A stretch of 61,199 nt of DNA, the filler included. It is 4 parts of 4 records of this genome, joined end to end, with 100 filler letters (N's around TTAATTAATTAA, not from the genome) between each part and the next. Parts side by side here need not be neighbours in the genome. Positions count along the whole stretch, not along the records: positions 55,450 to 61,199 come from SRR20825006_2783; 3 more parts are not named here. One strand, 5' to 3'. Position numbers and translations under genes: made by a program. This document shows, in pieces, positions 58,532 to 61,199 of the stretch (positions are counted from its first letter, which is position 1; each line of letters starts with the position of its first letter). The notes below the pieces were generated by a model, which saw nothing but the letters and a program-made list of their open reading frames with translations, did no database searches and had not been told where the DNA came from.

Positions 58532-58711
58532 GACGGGGTAGGATCATCGGAGGGGTCCGACCACCTCACGCATTCGCTTTGCCTCTAGCAAGGCAAAGCT
58601 GTTACTAGGTGCTAAAGTTTCAACGCCAAGTGGGCCGCGAGTTCGCTCGACATAGCTCGAGGCTTGGCCGGTCGAACGGCTGCCTCGCTTAATCAGCTCC
58701 CGCGCAAAGTT

Positions 58712-58875
58712 GTGGAGGGTCTCCGACCCGCCATCGAATACCGACACGCTCATGGCAGGTCATAGACCTGCCCCTACCTTGGTTGGCGACCTTTTAATTG
58801 TAGGGCGGGGATTCCGCTCCCCGCCCATCAAATGACTTCAAGACTTACCAAGCAGGGTTCCACCTTCGCCTCTAC
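58712..58875. repeat. Cluster of GTAG-type REP-like hairpins
   Basis: Minus GTAG-G-GGCAGGTC-tat-GACCTGCC (58754-58777) and plus GTA-GGGCGGGGA-ttccgc-TCCCCGCCC (58800-58826), with degenerate partners near 58712 and 58852-58875. Confidence 0.5.
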
Positions 58876-58920
58876 TACGGTGAACATGTCGGTGCCCCCG
58901 CCTTTCAGCTCAACAAAGCA

Positions 58921-59967
58921 TCAATTCCCCAACACCCAGTTGAAGATCAGCGGCGCCACAATCGTCGCATCGCTTTCAACGATGAACTTCGGGGTCGATC
59001 CCGCGAGTTTGCCCCAGGTGATCTTCTCGTTCGGCACCGCCCCGGAATAGCTGCCATAGCTGGTCGTCGAATCGCTGATCTGCGCGAAGTAACCCCAGAG
59101 CGGCACGCCCGTGCGCTCAAGATCCTGATGCAGCATCGGCACCACACAGATTGGAAAGTCACCGGAGATGCCCCCGCCGATCTGGAAAAATCCGATCGAG
59201 CCTTCGCCGTTCTTCAGCTTCTTGGCTGTCTTCGTATACCATTCGGCGAGCCAGGTCATGTATTCGATGCCCGTGCGCACCGTGTGCACGTTTTTGATCT
59301 CACCGGTCACGCAACGCCCCGCAAACATGTTGCCCAAGGTCGCGTCTTCCCAACCCGGCACGATAATCGGCAGATTCTTTTCACAGGCGGCGATCATCCA
59401 TGAATTCTTCGGATCGATCTGGAAATCCTTCTCCAGTTTTCCGCTGCGCAAAATCTTATACATGAACTCATGCGGGAAATAGCGCTCGCCGGCTTCATCC
59501 GCCTTCGTCCATTCGTCGGCCACGACTTTCTCGATCCGGCGCATCGCTTCCATTTCGGGAATGCAGGTATCCGTCACGCGGTTCATGTGACGGTCGAGCA
59601 GTTTCACCTCGTCCTCCGCCGTGAGGTGACGGTAGTGCGGCACGCGCTCGTAATAATCGTGCGCCACCAGATTGAAAATATCCTCCTCCAGATTCGCGCC
59701 GGTGCAGACGATCGCGTGCACCTTGTTTTTACGAATCATCTCCGCGAGAGAAATACCCAGCTCGGCCGTGGACATCGCGCCGCCCATCGTGACCATCATC
59801 TTGCCGCCCGCCTTCAGGTGATCCTCGTAGCCCTTGGCCGTGTCCATCAACGCCGCCGCATTGAAGTGACGGTAGTTATGCGCGATAAACTTGGAGATAG
59901 GACCCTTTCGGGCCGCACGCTTCTTATTCACGTCCTCAGGCTTCACCTTGGCTTTTTTGGCTTTCAT
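58921..59967 (-). CDS. Deoxyhypusine synthase-like protein (probable homospermidine synthase)
   Basis: HFNAA, GAMST, TGANLEED, GGG..GDF, GSYSGA.PNEKITWGK (catalytic Lys) and SDATIV.P motifs. Confidence 0.9.
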   Translation of the reverse strand: MKAKKAKVKPEDVNKKRAARKGPISKFIAHNYRHFNAAALMDTAKGYEDHLKAGGKMMVTMGGAMSTAELGISLAEMIRKNKVHAIVCTGANLEEDIFNLVAHDYYERVPHYRHLTAEDEVKLLDRHMNRVTDTCIPEMEAMRRIEKVVADEWTKADEAGERYFPHEFMYKILRSGKLEKDFQIDPKNSWMIAACEKNLPIIVPGWEDATLGNMFAGRCVTGEIKNVHTVRTGIEYMTWLAEWYTKTAKKLKNGEGSIGFFQIGGGISGDFPICVVPMLHQDLERTGVPLWGYFAQISDSTTSYGSYSGAVPNEKITWGKLAGSTPKFIVESDATIVAPLIFNWVLGN

Positions 59968-60043
59968 GATTGTCCGATGAATAGCAGGGCTACGCACGGA
60001 TTCGCTACAAAAATCGGCCCCTCTTCCCAACATCCTTCCCATC

Positions 60044-60068
60044 GAAAGTAACCTATTAGGTTACTTTC
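60044..60068. promoter_or_regulatory. Perfect 12-1-12 palindrome in a divergent intergenic region
   Basis: GAAAGTAACCTA-T-TAGGTTACTTTC. Confidence 0.6.
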
Positions 60069-60140
60069 ATCCGTTCTGATTGGCTCAAATTCACCGCCAG
60101 CATTGACGAGAGGCCCTCCGATCCGGTTTGCTGACCCTTC

Positions 60141-61199
60141 ATGCTCACGATCGCCGACGTTTCCAAGTCCTACGGCACCCGCAAATTATTCGGCGGGGTG
60201 TCGCTGTTCGTCGCGCGCACCGACCGTTACGGCCTTGTCGGCCCCAATGGCGCGGGTAAATCGACCCTCTTCAATCTGATCCTCGGCGAAGAGACCGCCG
60301 ATACCGGCACGATCGAATGGGAACGCGGGGCCGACTTCGGCTTTCTCCCGCAGGAGAGCGCCCCCGTTGGCGAAGAAACCGTTCTCGGGATCGCCACCAA
60401 CGGTGCGAAACTCGACATGATCGATGATGATGATGAGGACTGGGACATCGATTGGACGATTGAACCCCGCGCGCGCAAGATCCTCGCCGGCCTCGGTTTC
60501 AAAGACGCCGAGATGGACCTCCCGGCCAAATCGTTTTCCGGCGGCTGGATCATGCGCGCTCATCTGGCCCGCCTCCTCGTTTCCGAACCCGCGCTTCTCA
60601 TCCTCGATGAGCCGACCAATCACCTCGATCTAGAAGCCCTCCTTTGGTTTCAGGATTACCTCACCCGCTATCCCGGCGGCCTGCTGGTCGTCTCGCATGA
60701 TCGCGCGTTTCTGAACGCCCTCTGCACCGGCATTCTCGAACTCAGCGTGGGCACCCTTCACCGCTATCACGGCAACTACGACGACTACAAAATCGAGAAA
60801 GTCGCCCGCCACGAACAGCTCCAAGCTCAATTCAAGAACCAGCAGAAGGAGATCGCCCACCTCGAAAAATTCGTCAATCGCTTCGGAGCCAAAGCGTCCA
60901 TGGCGAGCCGGGCTAAATCCAAGGAAAAGCAAATCGACCGACTCAAGGAAGTTGCCATCGAGGAACCCGGCGAAGAACTCCGACGCATCAATTTCCGCTT
61001 TCCTCAACCACCCCGTTCCGGACGCAAGGTCATCGAGCTCAAAAAAGTCGATCAAGCCTACGGCGATCACGTCGTTTATCGTGACCTCAACTTCACCGCC
61101 GAGCGCGGACAGAAACTCGTGCTCGTCGGCCCGAATGGGGCCGGTAAGTCCACCCTGCTGAAAATCCTCGCCGATGTAATTGAGATTCAGGGTGGCGTC
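60141..61199 (+). CDS. ABC-F family ATPase (3' truncated; absent from the ORF track)
   Basis: Own translation: MLTIADVSKSYG...GLVGPNGAGKSTL, FSGGW, LDEPTNHLD, SHDR, Y.GNY, linker, and second Walker A LVGPNGAGKSTLL. No TM segments. Confidence 0.93.
   Translation, partial: MLTIADVSKSYGTRKLFGGVSLFVARTDRYGLVGPNGAGKSTLFNLILGEETADTGTIEWERGADFGFLPQESAPVGEETVLGIATNGAKLDMIDDDDEDWDIDWTIEPRARKILAGLGFKDAEMDLPAKSFSGGWIMRAHLARLLVSEPALLILDEPTNHLDLEALLWFQDYLTRYPGGLLVVSHDRAFLNALCTGILELSVGTLHRYHGNYDDYKIEKVARHEQLQAQFKNQQKEIAHLEKFVNRFGAKASMASRAKSKEKQIDRLKEVAIEEPGEELRRINFRFPQPPRSGRKVIELKKVDQAYGDHVVYRDLNFTAERGQKLVLVGPNGAGKSTLLKILADVIEIQGGV

Noticed and set aside
58544-58753. 69-aa ORF upstream of the sugar SBP
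   Set aside because: No motif, and it overlaps REP-like and promoter sequence.
58921-61199. DHS plus ABC-F as an EF-P modification or ribosome-rescue module
   Set aside because: Adjacency only. No efp nearby, and known bacterial DHS homologues make polyamines.
1-61199. CRISPR arrays, tRNA/rRNA, transposases, prophage or defence genes
   Set aside because: None recognised by eye. Short ncRNAs cannot be excluded without an Rfam or tRNAscan search.

Overview
This window is not one genomic locus. It is four contigs joined by 100-bp artificial spacers (44 N + TTAATTAATTAA + 44 N) at 28969-29068, 46363-46462 and 55350-55449. Taxonomic labels below are inferred from gene content and sequence style only. 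Contig 1 (1-28968) is a GC-rich alphaproteobacterium, probably Rhodospirillales-like. It carries iclR (partial), cysE, arsR plus an ArsP-like permease, a Pho-box phosphodiesterase-family gene, a MATE pump, a YHS protein coupled to a His-less sensor pseudokinase, HMG-CoA lyase/CoA-transferase/amidinotransferase-like genes, htpX, a CZB chemoreceptor, rsmB, an inserted PhyH-LysE-ABM cassette, rpe, glycan genes and pobR/pobA. Contig 2 (29069-46362) is Rhodobacteraceae-like: smoK-smoS-mtlK, zur-znuCB/znuA, uvrC-pgsA-moaDE, an OmpA-family gene, ubiA, rsmE and partial gshA. Contig 3 (46463-55349) is alphaproteobacterial: a Liv-type ABC transporter divergent from an ScfR (RamB/PrpR/PccR-family) regulator, a stand-alone receiver, a small membrane protein and a CrbS-like SLC5 transporter-histidine kinase. 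Contig 4 (55450-61199) is Verrucomicrobia-like: a sugar ABC transporter, a deoxyhypusine-synthase homologue and a partial ABC-F ATPase. The best candidate for an undescribed system is in contig 3. The ScfR transcription factor carries an internal DHp (HisKA)-like segment with an intact His that is 23/50 identical, without gaps, to the DHp of the neighbouring transporter-kinase. This suggests a kinase -> lone receiver -> transcription factor relay. Other notable signals are the pseudokinase/YHS pair, a perfect alphaproteobacterial LexA box on a LysE-ABM operon, a leaderless uORF with attenuator-like hairpin before the MATE gene, and a DARS-like DnaA-box cluster upstream of uvrC. I saw no rRNA, tRNA, CRISPR array or transposase.
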